63,958 bases of DNA, filler included, from Octopus bimaculoides (GCF_001194135.2; 8 parts of 7 records of this genome joined end to end with filler, not necessarily neighbours in it); one strand, 5' to 3'; numbered from the whole stretch's first letter, positions 51,500-63,950 are shown. Numbers and translations: made by a program. The notes: generated by a model from the letters alone, not told the origin.

Positions 51500-51986
51500 G
51501 CACATATATATTATCTATGTTATTATATATATATGTACATGCATAGACATATGCACACACGCGGTCCACGACCTGTCGGTGCTGCAGAGTTGTCTGCAGG
51601 CGGCAAGTCAACTTGCTAGGAGGCTCTGATGAGGAGGATTGATGATTTCATTTTCTGTATAATTATTTGTTGTATAATTAATTGTAATGATAATTGAATT
51701 AATTGATTGTAAAAGAAACTTTATATTCGAGGATTTGTTGGTCGGTGGGCGCCGACATCCCTCTCATTTGTATCATTTTTGTCATCTCATCTTGTCTGTG
51801 TCCAGCCCACAAGATTCTCCTTCTGTGTAAAACCTCCATGACCAATTTGATGAATAACAGAAGCTTGCTTCCTAACCTCATGGTTCCAAGTTGGTTCAGT
51901 CCCATTGAGTGATGCCTTGGGCCAAGAGTTTTCTACTATAACCTCAGACGACCAAACCCTTGTGAAATAAGCCAGTCCTATACATG

Positions 51987-52322
51987 GTGGCACTCCGTCG
52001 GTTACGACGACGAGGGTTCCAGATGAACGTGCAAGTGACTGAGCACTCCACAGACACGTGTACCCATAACGTAGTTCTCGGGGATATTCAGCGTGACACA
52101 GAGTGTGACAAGGCTGACCCTTTGAAATACAGGTACAACAGACAACTGGAAGAAAGAATGAGAGAAAGTTGTGGTGAAAGAGTACAGCAGGGTTCGCCAC
52201 CATCCCCTGCCGGAGCCTCGTGAAGCTTTAGGTGTTTCGTTCAATAAACACTCACAACGCCCGGTCTGAGAATCGAAACCGCGATCCTACGACTGCGAGT
52301 CCGCTACCCTAACCACTAGGCC
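51987..52322 (-). mobile_element. Second copy of the SINE at 1004, head cut by a spacer
   Basis: Colinear with the reverse complement of about 1016-1370. Confidence 0.9.
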
Positions 52323-52422
52323 NNNNNNNNNNNNNNNNNNNNNNNNNNNNNNNNNNNNNNNNNNNNTTAATTAATTAANNNNNNNNNNNNNNNNNNNNNN
52401 NNNNNNNNNNNNNNNNNNNNNN
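52323..52422. other. Artificial 100-bp scaffold spacer
   Basis: 44N-TTAATTAATTAA-44N. Confidence 0.97.
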
Positions 52423-52888
52423 TATATATATATATATATATATATGTATGTGAGTATATATATATATAAATAAATATATTTATATACATGTATGTATGCA
52501 TGTATGTAAATGTGTGTGTGTATGTGCGTGTGTGTGAGCATGCATATGCATGTATGCATGTATATATACGCACACACATATACGTATGTACGTATGGGTA
52601 TAGCCATAGCCTTTATTTGCCAGCGTGTATAGCATATATAATAAGAAGCTGACATTAACGCCCTTTCGGCCCAACCAATCTTGCTCCAGCAGAGTAATGT
52701 GGCTGTATCTACTGGAAGGAAAGACAGCTGTAACAGCACTCAGCTTGCACATATTTTTAGGTGAGAAGACTGAAGCAACCTGAAATATTACTCAATGGCC
52801 CAAGTTATGTTCGCAAGCCCTGCATAGAAACTATTGGGCCAGGTGCCTCTACACAAGTCTGACATCGTGTCTGACGTCTCGTGATGTA

Positions 52889-53056
52889 CGAGGTAGTGTT
52901 GAAAAAGTTCCTGGGTTTAAGGCATATTGCGAAAACCCTGGTTGGTGGCAATAAGTGTATGGATCTGAGAGGGGAATATGTTGAATAAAACCATGATTAA
53001 CTGATCCTCCAGTATTTTATTTTGCCCCAAACCAGGAAGTTTTCAGCACCCTCTAG
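52889..53056 (+). mobile_element. 168-bp mariner-derived MITE
   Basis: TA-flanked imperfect ~30-bp TIRs (CGAGGTAGTGTTGAAAAAGTTCCTGGGTTT / AAACCAGGAAGTTTTCAGCACCCTCTAG). Keeps the transposase C-terminus CMDLRGEYVE*. Confidence 0.8.
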
Positions 53057-53072
53057 TATATATATATATATT

Positions 53073-53104
<32 letters not shown>

Positions 53105-53458
53105 NNNNNNNNNNNNNNNNNNNNNNNNNNNNNNNNNNNNNNNNNNNNNNNNNNNNNNNNNNNNNNNNNNNNNNNNNNNNNNNNNNNNNNNNNNNNNNNN
53201 NNNNNNNNNNNNNNNNNNNNNNNNNNNNNNNNNNNNNNNNNNNNNNNNNNNNNNNNNNNNNNNNNNNNNNNNNNNNNNNNNNNNNNNNNNNNNNNNNNNN
53301 NNNNNNNNNNNNNNNNNNNNNNNNNNNNNNNNNNNNNNNNNNNNNNNNNNNNNNNNNNNNNNNNNNNNNNNNNNNNNNNNNNNATATATATGAGGGAAAG
53401 GCCGAGTTGGAGGCCCAACCTTCTGAGTTCCTTTTTACGGGGCTTAGAAAAAATGAAG

Positions 53459-53600
53459 AGTTCAAATTCCGCCGAGGTCGACTTTGCTTTTCATCCATTC
53501 GGGGTCGATAAATTAATTACCAGCTGCGTACTCGGGTCGATCTAATCGACTGGCCCCTCCCCCAAAACTTCGGGCCTTATGCCTAGAGTAGAAAAGATTA
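53459..53600 (+). mobile_element. 5'-truncated family-A SINE
   Basis: TTCAAATTCCGCCGAGGTCGACTTTGC...CCTAGAGTAGAAAAGA. Confidence 0.88.
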
Positions 53601-53789
53601 CCTATGAGGGACATATTGCGTTAGTCAGATGCTCATAGGGTCATTAAATAGGAAGTGTTAAAGCGGGGACGGTTAGAAATATAACAGAGTGAAAGTATGT
53701 GAAAGTGAGAGTGAAAGTGGTCGATGTTAAGAATTAAGTATGAATATCAAAAGGAAGTGTTTTTGCGAAGTAGAAAATAAATATAGATA

Positions 53790-54250
53790 TACATAGATAC
53801 CCATGTGATGACCAGTCTAAAAAGAATATGAAAAATGAAATTATCATTAGTCAAACTTGTGATCGATGAATCAAAAGAATATTAGTGGAACTTAAAATCG
53901 AAACAGCCGAGAAGTTACATACAACCAGCAGATACGACAAGAAGAAATACTTTCTATTGTAGAAATCAGCTGCCCTCTGGAAACCGAAGTGGTAAGAATT
54001 TTACAGGAGAAAGAAAATAGTCTGCTGATCATTGATAAACCGATAGATCTTTTGCAAACCCAAGATACACTTTCAGTTTCATTTTTAGTATTAATGGGGA
54101 AAAAGGTTATGTACAAATCCGTCTGGAGCGAAGTATGACTGAGATTGGGTTAATGGGGAGAGATTTGAACACCTTAATTTGTATATTAAAAACTATCACG
54201 TTATCTGGGACAACAAAAATCTGCAAGACCTTAACATTTAAGGTGTAATA
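53790..54250 (+). mobile_element. R4/Dong-like LINE 3' end (RLE domain), degenerate
   Basis: WNLKIET, ILSIVEISCP and terminal GTTKICKTL motifs in changing frames. Confidence 0.7.
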
Positions 54251-55415
54251 AACAGAACAAGATGCTCTCCTTTGCAAGCTACTAACAAGCAGGAGGCCGG
54301 TCAAAAGTTAACTCTAAATTTAAAAAGAGATAAGGAAAGAATTCATATAAAAATCATACATGAATACACACCCCATATATATGTGCGTATATAAATATAT
54401 ATATANNNNNNNNNNNNNNNNNNNNNNNNNNNNNNNNNNNNNNNNNNNNNNNNNNNNNNNNNNNNNNNNNNNNNNNNNNNNNNNNNNNNNNNNNNNNNNN
54501 NNNNNNNNNNNNNNNNNNNNNNNNNNNNNNNNNNNNNNNNNNNNNNNNNNNNNNNNNNNNNNNNNNNNNNNNNNNNNNNNNNNNNNNNNNNNNNNNNNNN
54601 NNNNNNNNNNNNNNNNNNNNNNNNNNNNNNNNNNNNNNNNNNNNNNNNNNNNNNNNNNNNNNNNNNNNNNNNNNNNNNNNNNNNNNNNNNNNNNNNNNNN
54701 NNNNNNNNNNNNNNNNNNNNNNNNNNNNNNNNNNNNNNNNNNNNNNNNNNNNNNNNNNNNNNNNNNNNNNNNNNNNNNNNNNNNNNNNNNNNNNNNNNNN
54801 NNNNNNNNNNNNNNNNNNNNNNNNNNNNNNNNNNNNNNNNNNNNNNNNNNNNNNNNNNNNNNNNNNNNNNNNNNNNNNNNNNNNNNNNNNNNNNNNNNNN
54901 NNNNNNNNNNNNNNNNNNNNNNNNNNNNNNNNNNNNNNNNNNNNNNNNNNNNNNNNNNNNNNNNNNNNNNNNNNNNNNNNNNNNNNNNNNNNNNNNNNNN
55001 NNNNNNNNNNNNNNNNNNNNNNNNNNNNNNNNNNNNNNNNNNNNNNNNNNNNNNNNNNNNNNNNNNNNNNNNNNNNNNNNNNNNNNNNNNNNNNNNNNNN
55101 NNNNNNNNNNNNNNNNNNNNNNNNNNNNNNNNNNNNNNNNNNNNNNNNNNNNNNNNNNNNNNNNNNNNNNNNNNNNNNNNNNNNNNNNNNNNNNNNNNNN
55201 NNNNNNNNNNNNNNNNNNNNNNNNNNNNNNNNNNNNNNNNNNNNNNNNNNNNNNNNNNNNNNNNNNNNNNNNNNNNNNNNNNNNNNNNNNNNNNNNNNNN
55301 NNNNNNNNNNNNNNNNNNNNNNNNNNNNNNNNNNNNNNNNNNNNNNNNNNNNNNNNNNNNNNNNNNNNNNNNNNNNNNNNNNNNNNNNNNNNNNATATAT
55401 ATATATATATACATA

Positions 55416-55499
55416 CTAGCAGTAATACCCGTCGTTAATCGGACAATTACTCTTACTCTTTCGCGGGAGTCACATTCAAAATGTTATTATACATGTAGA
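55416..55499 (-). mobile_element. 84-bp mini-Helitron with both termini
   Basis: Minus reading A|TCTACATGTATAATAAC...GTCCGATTAACGACGGGTATTACTGCTAG|T: 5' TC, subterminal imperfect hairpin, 3' CTAG, inserted between A and T. Confidence 0.7.
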
Positions 55500-55889
55500 T
55501 TTACACCTCCTGTATGTGTGCATTATATGAGAAAGAATGTAATTTCATACACTAAATTCTGTTTGTTTATTATATGACAATAATAACTGAGTTGTACGTG
55601 TTATTTTACATATCAATAGAGTAATGGCAATTATATAATACACAAGGCTTTGGTTGATACAGAGCTGTAATGAAAGAGAATTGCTCAGCGTGCCGCACAG
55701 TGGGACTGAATCCTAGGTGACATGGTTGGAAAGCAAGCTTCTCACCATAGAGCCATGCCTACAAAGGAGAGCTACAATTTGGATAATATACTCCTTGATA
55801 CAATATGCTTAACAAAAAGATGGGATGTTTACAGCGAGAAGACGTTTTAATATTTACCCGAGTAACACAACTAACAACGTTACACCATG

Positions 55890-56375
55890 CAGGTTGTTCC
55901 AGAATTAACTATCTGTTTCAATAGAATTGAGCAATTTAAAAAAAAAAAACTGATAGAATTTTATGTTTATTACCAAAACAAATAAATTTATAAATCTTAC
56001 GTCAAACTTTTATTGAAAGTTTTCAGCATGTCTGTATCCCTGCATACTTCAAATCTCTCCTTAGCATTGTGAAACACATTTTGAAGCATTTCAGGAGTTA
56101 GCTCCTGCACTGCTAACTGAATGTATTCTTTAAGCTCAGCTAAACAATTGCTCCATCTTGGGGATGGTGGTAAAGAAAATGATTGCTTCCGAATTGAAAA
56201 AAACCTGTCATGGACAAATAAGAAGAGTCCAACAGGAATGAAAATAAATTTATAAACAAAATAAAAAATTCATACACTTTTAACACATATTAAACATGAT
56301 AAACATAAATAAAAGTGAGTTTTAAAAAAATGCTTCCGATTTCACTCAAATCATCATTAATTCTGGGACACCCTG
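55890..56375 (-). mobile_element. Internally deleted Tc1/mariner (rosa-like) element
   Basis: 19-bp TIRs CAGGTTGTTCCAGAATTAA / TTAATTCTGGGACACCCTG (2 mismatches); minus-strand C-terminus LAELKEYIQLAVQELTPEMLQNVFHNAKERFEVC. Confidence 0.8.
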
Positions 56376-56447
56376 TATTTACTCGTTGGACTAAATGGGG
56401 GAGGCATGGGGTGAACTAATTGCAGGTAGCGAGCGTAGCTTCCGGAA

Positions 56448-56547
56448 NNNNNNNNNNNNNNNNNNNNNNNNNNNNNNNNNNNNNNNNNNNNTTAATTAAT
56501 TAANNNNNNNNNNNNNNNNNNNNNNNNNNNNNNNNNNNNNNNNNNNN
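56448..56547. other. Artificial 100-bp scaffold spacer
   Basis: 44N-TTAATTAATTAA-44N. Confidence 0.97.
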
Positions 56548-57040
56548 TGTGTGTGTGTGTGTGTGTGTGTGTGAGTGTTTGTGAGCGTGTATGAAAATAT
56601 ACATATATAAGTGTGTGTGCGTATGTATGCATGTATATATAGTATAGTATGTATGTATTCATATATGTACGTACGTACGAATGTATGTATGTATAGTATA
56701 GTATAGTATGTATGTATGTAAGTCTGCACCTATGTATTATGTATGCATGTATGAATGTATGTATAAATGTATGTATGCATGTATGTATGCATGCACGTAT
56801 GCATGTCTGTATGTATGAATGTATGTATGTATGCATGTATGTATGCACGTATGTATGTATTTTTCTGCATGTCCTTCCGATATATCATAGAGACAGGTCT
56901 ACACCCCTGTCTTCCAGAATAGTCGACTTTGATTTGCATTTAACAGCGTCTCACATATTTATCGCTGATCTAAGAGGTACTAAAACGAACGGCGGCGGGA
57001 GGCAGCGACGGCGGTGGTGGTAAGAGAGATGTCGAGGTGG

Positions 57041-57072
57041 TTTGGCGGGAAACGTCAACGAAGATGGCGGCG
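57041..57072 (+). promoter_or_regulatory. Adjacent consensus E2F and YY1 motifs
   Basis: TTTGGCGGGAAA (57041-57052) and AAGATGGCGGCG (57061-57072) in a CpG-rich patch. Confidence 0.4.
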
Positions 57073-58028
57073 CTGACCATCACCAGCTACAAACAGCAGT
57101 AGCGGCGTCGGTAAAGACGACGATGACGACGACGACGACGACGACGATGACGATGGTGATAATGATGATGATGGCGAGGAGGAGGAGGAGGAGGAGGAGG
57201 AGGAGATGAAGGAAGAGGAGGAGGGAGATAGGAGTAAGCGGAGGGGAGAAGGAAGAGGTGGAGGGGAGAAGAGGGGAATAGGAGAAAAGAAGGAAGAGGA
57301 GGGGAGGAGGAGAAAGGGATGTGAGGAGNNNNNNNNNNNNNNNNNNNNNNNNNNNNNNNNNNNNNNNNNNNNNNNNNNNNNNNNNNNNNNNNNNNNNNNN
57401 NNNNNNNNNNNNNNNNNNNNNNNNNNNNNNNNNNNNNNNNNNNNNNNNNNNNNNNNNNNNNNNNNNNNNNNNNNNNNNNNNNNNNNNNNNNNNNNNNNNN
57501 NNNNNNNNNNNNNNNNNNNNNNNNNNNNNNNNNNNNNNNNNNNNNNNNNNNNNNNNNNNNNNNNNNNNNNNNNNNNNNNNNNNNNNNNNNNNNNNNNNNN
57601 NNNNNNNNNNNNNNNNNNNNNNNNNNNNNNNNNNNNNNNNNNNNNNNNNNNNNNNNNNNNNNNNNNNNNNNNNNNNNNNNNNNNNNNNNNNNNNNNNNNN
57701 NNNNNNNNNNNNNNNNNNNNNNNNNNNNNNNNNNNNNNNNNNNNNNNNNNNNNNNNNNNNNNNNNNNNNNNNNNNNNNNNNNNNNNNNNNNNNNNNNNNN
57801 NNNNNNNNNNNNNNNNNNNNNNNNNNNNNNNNNNNNNNNNNNNNNNNNNNNNNNNNNNNNNNNNNNNNNNTATATATATATATATACGTATATGTATGTG
57901 TGTGTATATGTTTTGTGTATGTGTGAGTTTGTGTGTGTACGTACGTGTGTAGAGGGCCGTCGATAAATTGATGAAAAAGACCGAGTGATTGTGATAGTGT
58001 TTAAGAGAAAGGAAGAGATGTGAGAGGC

Positions 58029-58097
<69 letters not shown>

Positions 58098-59004
58098 AAA
58101 GCAGAAACAGAAAGAATGAGTGAGAGAAGAAGGGGAAGAGACCCAGAGACAGAGAGAATGAAGGGGAAAAGAAAGAAAGATGGGAAAGAAGAGGAAAAGC
58201 AGAGAAAGAAAGGGAGTGGGAGGAGAGTGAGAAAGAAAGATTTAAAGATGGCGTAAATAAAATTTATGGAGGCAGTGTTTCGGGGGGGAAAATGTAAGAG
58301 AGTTAGCAAGATATAACGTGTGTTGTGCCTTTCTTATGTGTGTGTGTCTGTGTGTCGCGGTAAACAAAAACGTTATAGCATTGCTTTGATAGTTTCATTT
58401 CTGTTTTATTTGACGTGACCTACCCAATTGAGATTGTTGTTTTTATTGAGCGACCTTCTCGTCGTACTTTCGCCCTTTCCGACATTTTTGTTGCTTTTCT
58501 TTCTGTTCATTTAATTTATATATATATTTTTGGGGGTTTATTGTTTTTACGGGAGACACTTCGCTAGCGCAGAAAGTAGCTTCTCCTATATTTACTGGCC
58601 AAACCGCCCGCCTGCTTTCTTGCCAGCCTTCCTGCTTGCCTACTCGTCTTTCCTTGCCCGTCTGATATTTGCCGCTTTCATGAGTTAATCATGAGGTCAT
58701 ACATCTGACCTCCCCTTCCACTGTGCCGCAAACACGGAATATTGTTTTATTTACATTTATTACCTATTTTTTCTTTTTTTTTTTATTGGCTACATCAAGA
58801 GTTAGGGGTTTATATATAACTTTTACAGGCTTTCCGAGACTTTTGTTCATTTTGTTCCCTTGGAACGTGGTGAATGCTTGGAAACATTGGTAGGTACGAG
58901 ACAGCAAACAACACATTTACGTGGTCGCTAGATCTGCTAGAAATAATTACAACATCTTCATCAAATCACACCATATTGTCTATTATCTGTTACTTGATAC
59001 AGTC

Positions 59005-59076
59005 ATCAGACAGGCAAACAAACAAACAAATGCGACTGAAAACAATACCTCCGTCTTCGCTAAGGCAGAAGTAATA
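59005..59076 (+). mobile_element. Helentron/HINE 3' end fragment
   Basis: (CAAA)n, then GACTGAAAACAATACCTCCGTC..GGCAGAAGTAATAA; same terminus as 60659-61028. Confidence 0.6.
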
Positions 59077-59293
59077 ACAGTGACTTTATGAATGTTCTGA
59101 ATTATTAAAGACGCTCAGGATAGTATTAAAACCGTTCTTTATTGTTATCAGAGTTATTTTTATCGAAAAGGCTTCGTAATAAAGCGATCATATTAAGCGG
59201 CTTCAATAGTATACTTACGCACACACACACACACATACACACGCGCACACATACATACATACACACATATATACATGTATACATTTATGCATT

Positions 59294-59393
59294 NNNNNNN
59301 NNNNNNNNNNNNNNNNNNNNNNNNNNNNNNNNNNNNNTTAATTAATTAANNNNNNNNNNNNNNNNNNNNNNNNNNNNNNNNNNNNNNNNNNNN
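59294..59393. other. Artificial 100-bp scaffold spacer
   Basis: 44N-TTAATTAATTAA-44N. Confidence 0.97.
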
Positions 59394-59425
<32 letters not shown>

Positions 59426-60034
59426 TATACATATATATATACAGATATATATATACATGTATATATATATGTCTGCATGCTTGAACTGATATATTTGCTT
59501 CAATGATTTCAAAGTTGATTTTGCTCATGGGAGGAAGGTTTACATTTTCCACTAGACAAATACATCTTTCCTTTCCATTCATCTCTCTTCCTGCCTTTAT
59601 ACAAGACCTTGATTGAGTGAGTGAGTGAGTGAGTGTGAAGCTAGCATTGCAGTCTTCTCATCTCACAGCAGTATGACATAAGTATACAAAAGCACTGGCT
59701 ATTATCACATTGCCTTCTACTGCAAATCTTCTGATCTCATATAATCAGTGTTGTTGTTATTTTGGGGTGTTTTTTTCTTGCAGTAGTTATTTTCTTTTTC
59801 TTATTGTATTACTTTTTTTAAATGATTGTTAGGTGATATATTTGTTTATATTTTTTTATTATGGTTATAGCTATTGTTATATTTCTTGTTTGGTTTTCAT
59901 CATTTTTCGTTATGTATTGAAGATAATCCATTCAACAGAAGAGAACAGCAATAATAATATGGTGCTAAATGCTATGATGCTGGGAGGTGGCTAGCCTCAT
60001 TATATGTGTCAATGACTGAGTGTGTGTGCACAAA

Positions 60035-60086
<52 letters not shown>

Positions 60087-60270
60087 NNNNNNNNNNNNNN
60101 NNNNNNNNNNNNNNNNNNNNNNNNNNNNNNNNNNNNNNNNNNNNNNNNNNNNNNNNNNNNNNNNNNNNNNNNNNNNNNNNNNNNNNNNNNNNNNNNNNNN
60201 NNNNNNNNNNNNNNNNNNNNNNNNNNNNNNNNNNNNNTATATATATATATATATATATTTAGATCTATAT

Positions 60271-60306
<36 letters not shown>

Positions 60307-60512
60307 TATATATAATTATATATATAATTATATATCTATATCTTTCTATCTATCTATCTATCTATATAGATATCTATCTATATGTGTGTATGTGTGTGTG
60401 TATTTGTGTGCATGTATGTATTTATATATAGTTTTAAATGTTACATGCAACTTCTACTAGATGTGATGAGTGTCCTTTACTCTTATTTGTCCACTTGTGT
60501 GTNNNNNNNNNN

Positions 60513-60561
<49 letters not shown>

Positions 60562-60658
60562 CATGTGTGCTTATATATATATACACATGTCTACGAATTT
60601 GTTTTGCAAGATTCCTTATATATCATAAAGCCTAACAAGTATAAAATCATAACAATGA

Positions 60659-61028
60659 AAAACAATAGCACTCAGAGAGCACAAACCTTCACCAAGGCAG
60701 CAACGTGCTCTCAACGATTAGCCAGAGATAATTTTTAAAATGAGAAAATCTGAAATAAACTCGACTGTTCTCACAAATGAGAATACTAAGATATACCTGA
60801 CCACTCTCAAAAATTAAGTAAAATAACAGGAAAAATAATCCAGAATCCTTGTCTGGTGCCGGATCAATCCCAAAGGCTTATGAGTTTGTGCCAGTCATGA
60901 GGCCAAACATCCCTGAAAGTTTCATCTGAATCCAGCGGTTCTTGAGATATCTTGTCCAAGGACAAACAAAAAAACAAACACAACTGAAAAACAATACCTC
61001 TGCCTTTTTTGCTAACGTGGAGGTAATA
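60659..61028 (+). mobile_element. Non-autonomous Helentron-type element (HINE/DINE-like)
   Basis: 5' AAACCTTCACCAAGGC sub-terminal repeat, internal AAAGTTTCATCTGAATCC..GAGATATC..ACAAAC, and 3' ACCTCTGCC..GTGGAGGT hairpin. Confidence 0.7.
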
Positions 61029-61294
61029 ATGCAAAGTTAAGATAAAATAAAAATAAAGGAAAAATTATATTTTGTTTGTGGGATATGATGCTTACAGTAT
61101 TTCTTAGTTTAATTTAACCAACATTCTATGCTACAATGTTTTAACACAATTCTATTATCTCATGGTTCAGTCCCACTGCATGGCACTTTGAGCAAGTGTC
61201 TTCTATTACAGCCTTGGGCCAACCAAAGCCATGTGAGTGGATTTGGTAGACAGAAACTGAAAGAAGCCCATTGTGTACATATACNNNNNNNNNN

Positions 61295-61422
61295 ATCCAG
61301 CTGTAGAAACTCTGCCAAATCGGACTGGAGCCTGGTGTTGCCATCCGGTTTCACCAGTCCTCAGTCAAATCGTCCAACCCATGCTAGCATGGAAAGCGGA
61401 CGTTAAACGATGATGATGATGA
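61295..61422 (+). mobile_element. Tail family C element ending in (GAT)n, joined across a 10-N gap to a family-B head
   Basis: Reverse complement of 33233-33375. The family-B body at 61165-61284 lies directly upstream. Confidence 0.85.
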
Positions 61423-61599
61423 TATATACATGTAATTTATGCATATGTATGTATTTATACACACACACGTATGTATATCTATATAGATATATATCTTTAG
61501 CACACTCATACTGATACATTCCCAAACTCTCTACACATATATATGTATGTGAGTATGTGTATATATAAATGTATGTATGTATGTAGCAGATGAAGTAGG

Positions 61600-61870
61600 A
61601 GAGGCTGAAAAACTATGACATTACTCTCTAAAATGAAGACAGAAAATTCTGGAAGGGTTAGCACCTAATTTCAGCATCAAGTGTGATAGGTATGCTTGAA
61701 CTGTATGTTATTGAATAGCACAAAGGGTACTGTCTACCCCATCTAAATTGAGGACTGCAAAAATTTAGGGTTCAAAGGCCCACAGATTTTTAATGCCCTG
61801 CCAAAATAATTAGGAAACCCACACAATGTGGATATAGATGTCTTCAGAATGGAAGTGGACGTTCTCCTTT
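61600..61870 (+). mobile_element. CR1-type LINE 3' remnant
   Basis: KILEGLAPNFSI (cf. WKILEGLVPNFGI), followed by GGTTCAAAGGCCCACAG and GATGTCTTC tail motifs. Confidence 0.6.
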
Positions 61871-62108
61871 TCATGACAGCAGACTAACCAACATCTGAGA
61901 TGCTTGTTAGTCTGCTATCCAACAACATGGTTCCAGGTTCACTCCCACTGTGAGATGCCTAATGCAAATGTCTACTACTATAGCCTCAGGTTTACCAAAG
62001 TCTTGTGAGTGGATCTGGTAGATGGAAACTGAAAGAAGCCCATCATATATATATATGATGTATATATATTTGTGCATGTGTGTCTTTATGTTGGTGCTTG
62101 TCCCCCCC

Positions 62109-62208
62109 NNNNNNNNNNNNNNNNNNNNNNNNNNNNNNNNNNNNNNNNNNNNTTAATTAATTAANNNNNNNNNNNNNNNNNNNNNNNNNNNNNNNNNNNN
62201 NNNNNNNN
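62109..62208. other. Artificial 100-bp scaffold spacer
   Basis: 44N-TTAATTAATTAA-44N. Confidence 0.97.
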
Positions 62209-62250
<42 letters not shown>

Positions 62251-63065
62251 TATCTGTTTCCTATGCACTTTCAAACAGCTTGACCAAGTCAAATCAAATT
62301 TTACAAGGTAACAGTATTAGACCCTGCGAGTGTCAACATGTAATTTTTATTTTCATTTGGATTAAAACGATATAATATTTTATCTAAAATGATCTTTATT
62401 TATAGTCAATTATAGTAAAGGACATTTTATACCACAGCAACGACGAGGAAAATGTCACATTTTGTCCATGAGTATGTATGTGTCTGTGAGTGTGTGTTTG
62501 CACATTTATGTACATTAGGCCTCAGAGAATTTAAACACACACACAAACACACACACACACACACACATCTACACATACATATACATATGTGTGTATGACT
62601 GTGAATGTGTCTGTAGGTGCGTGTTTGCACGTTTGTTACATACATTGGACCTCAGAGAATTAAACACGCACACATATAGCTAAGCATACATATACATATG
62701 AGTTGAATGTCAAGTATGTGTGTCTGTCAGTATACATGCATTTTTGAGACGACTGACACACACACACACACACACACACATGTAAAGAAAGAAAGAGAGA
62801 GAGACACACAGGGGGAGAGAGATAGGCTGTTATACAAAGAGAGATACAGTTAAAGTGTTACATATTCAGAGAGAGAAAGAGAGAGTGTTTCCTTGAGGTG
62901 TGCATGAATCTATGTCTGTGTGTGTGTGTGTTTTAGTTATGTATGTTGAGAGTGTATGTGTATGTGTGTGTNNNNNNNNNNGTGTGCATGAATCTATGTC
63001 TGTGTGTGTGTGTGTTTTAGTTATGTATGTTGAGAGTGTATGTGTATGTGTGTGTGTGTGTGTGT

Positions 63066-63102
<37 letters not shown>

Positions 63103-63138
63103 TGTATGTGTGATAATTTTTATTTTTATTATGTTTTT

Positions 63139-63768
63139 AAAAAATCATATCTTTGGAGTTATGTGAAAAAACTTCATCTTACAAACAACATGAGAGTACT
63201 TCTACAAGGTGATCATACAGCAGGTGAATTCTCAGGGGAGCTTCTTAACATTGGTAATGGGATATTAACATTCAACCCAAGACATCAGCTACATGAAATT
63301 ACATGTGGTCAAATGGTACTTTCTCTTATGAATAAAGTATTTCCTAATTTATCTGTCAATTACACTAACGTAAACTGGCTATGTGGTAACAAATACATCA
63401 GAAATGACTTTTCCATCAATTCATACAACAGTCAATCAAAACCAGGCTGTTCGATACTCTATTCAATTTCTGAACACACTTAAACCCACTGGCTTGTCAC
63501 CTCGTAACTTGACATAAAAGCTGGGTGTTCCCATTATGTTGCTTAGGAATCTTGACCCACCTCGCCTGTGTTATGGAACTCGTTTAATCGTTAATTCCTC
63601 ATGTCCTACAGGTAACAATCAGGACAAGTAGTCACAAAGAAGAAAATGTTTTTATTTCCAAAATTTCGTCTCATACCTACAGATGTTCCATTTCTATTTA
63701 TGACGCTTCAGTTTCCAGTCAAACTAAGTTTTGGTATTTCAATTAACAAATCTCAGGGTCAATCCTTC
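63139..63768 (+). mobile_element. Helitron PIF1-like helicase C-terminal fragment (pseudogene)
   Basis: LWSYVKKLHLTNNMRV, LLNIGNG, KVFPNL, KLGVPIMLLRNLDPPRLCYGTRL, LIPTDVPF..LQFPVKLSFGISINKSQGQS; frameshifts and deletions. Confidence 0.92.
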
Positions 63769-63829
63769 AATATATATATATATATATATATATCGTTTGT
63801 AGAAAAGATAAATCCGGAAAAGAAGTAGG

Positions 63830-63950
63830 TATATTGTAATGGGGAAGGCTGGTATATTGTAATGGGGAAGGCCAGTATATTGTAATGGGGAAGGCTGGTA
63901 TATTGTAATGAGGAAGGCCAGTATATTGTAATGGGGAAGGCTGGTATATG
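63830..63950. repeat. 23-bp minisatellite, five units plus a partial, alternating variants
   Basis: TATATTGTAATG(G/A)GGAAGG followed by CTGG, CCAG, CTGG, CCAG, CTGG (unit TATATTGTAATGGGGAAGGCTGG / ...GGCCAG). Confidence 0.95.

Noticed and set aside
57110-57328. Acidic D/E-rich and G/R/E-rich ORF
   Set aside because: Built from (GAC)n, (GAT)n, (GAG)n and purine low-complexity sequence running into a gap.
62898-63055. Duplicated ~74-bp block
   Set aside because: Same 10-N gap artefact.
63830-63950. CRISPR-like array
   Set aside because: Units are contiguous with no unique spacers, and the context is eukaryotic.
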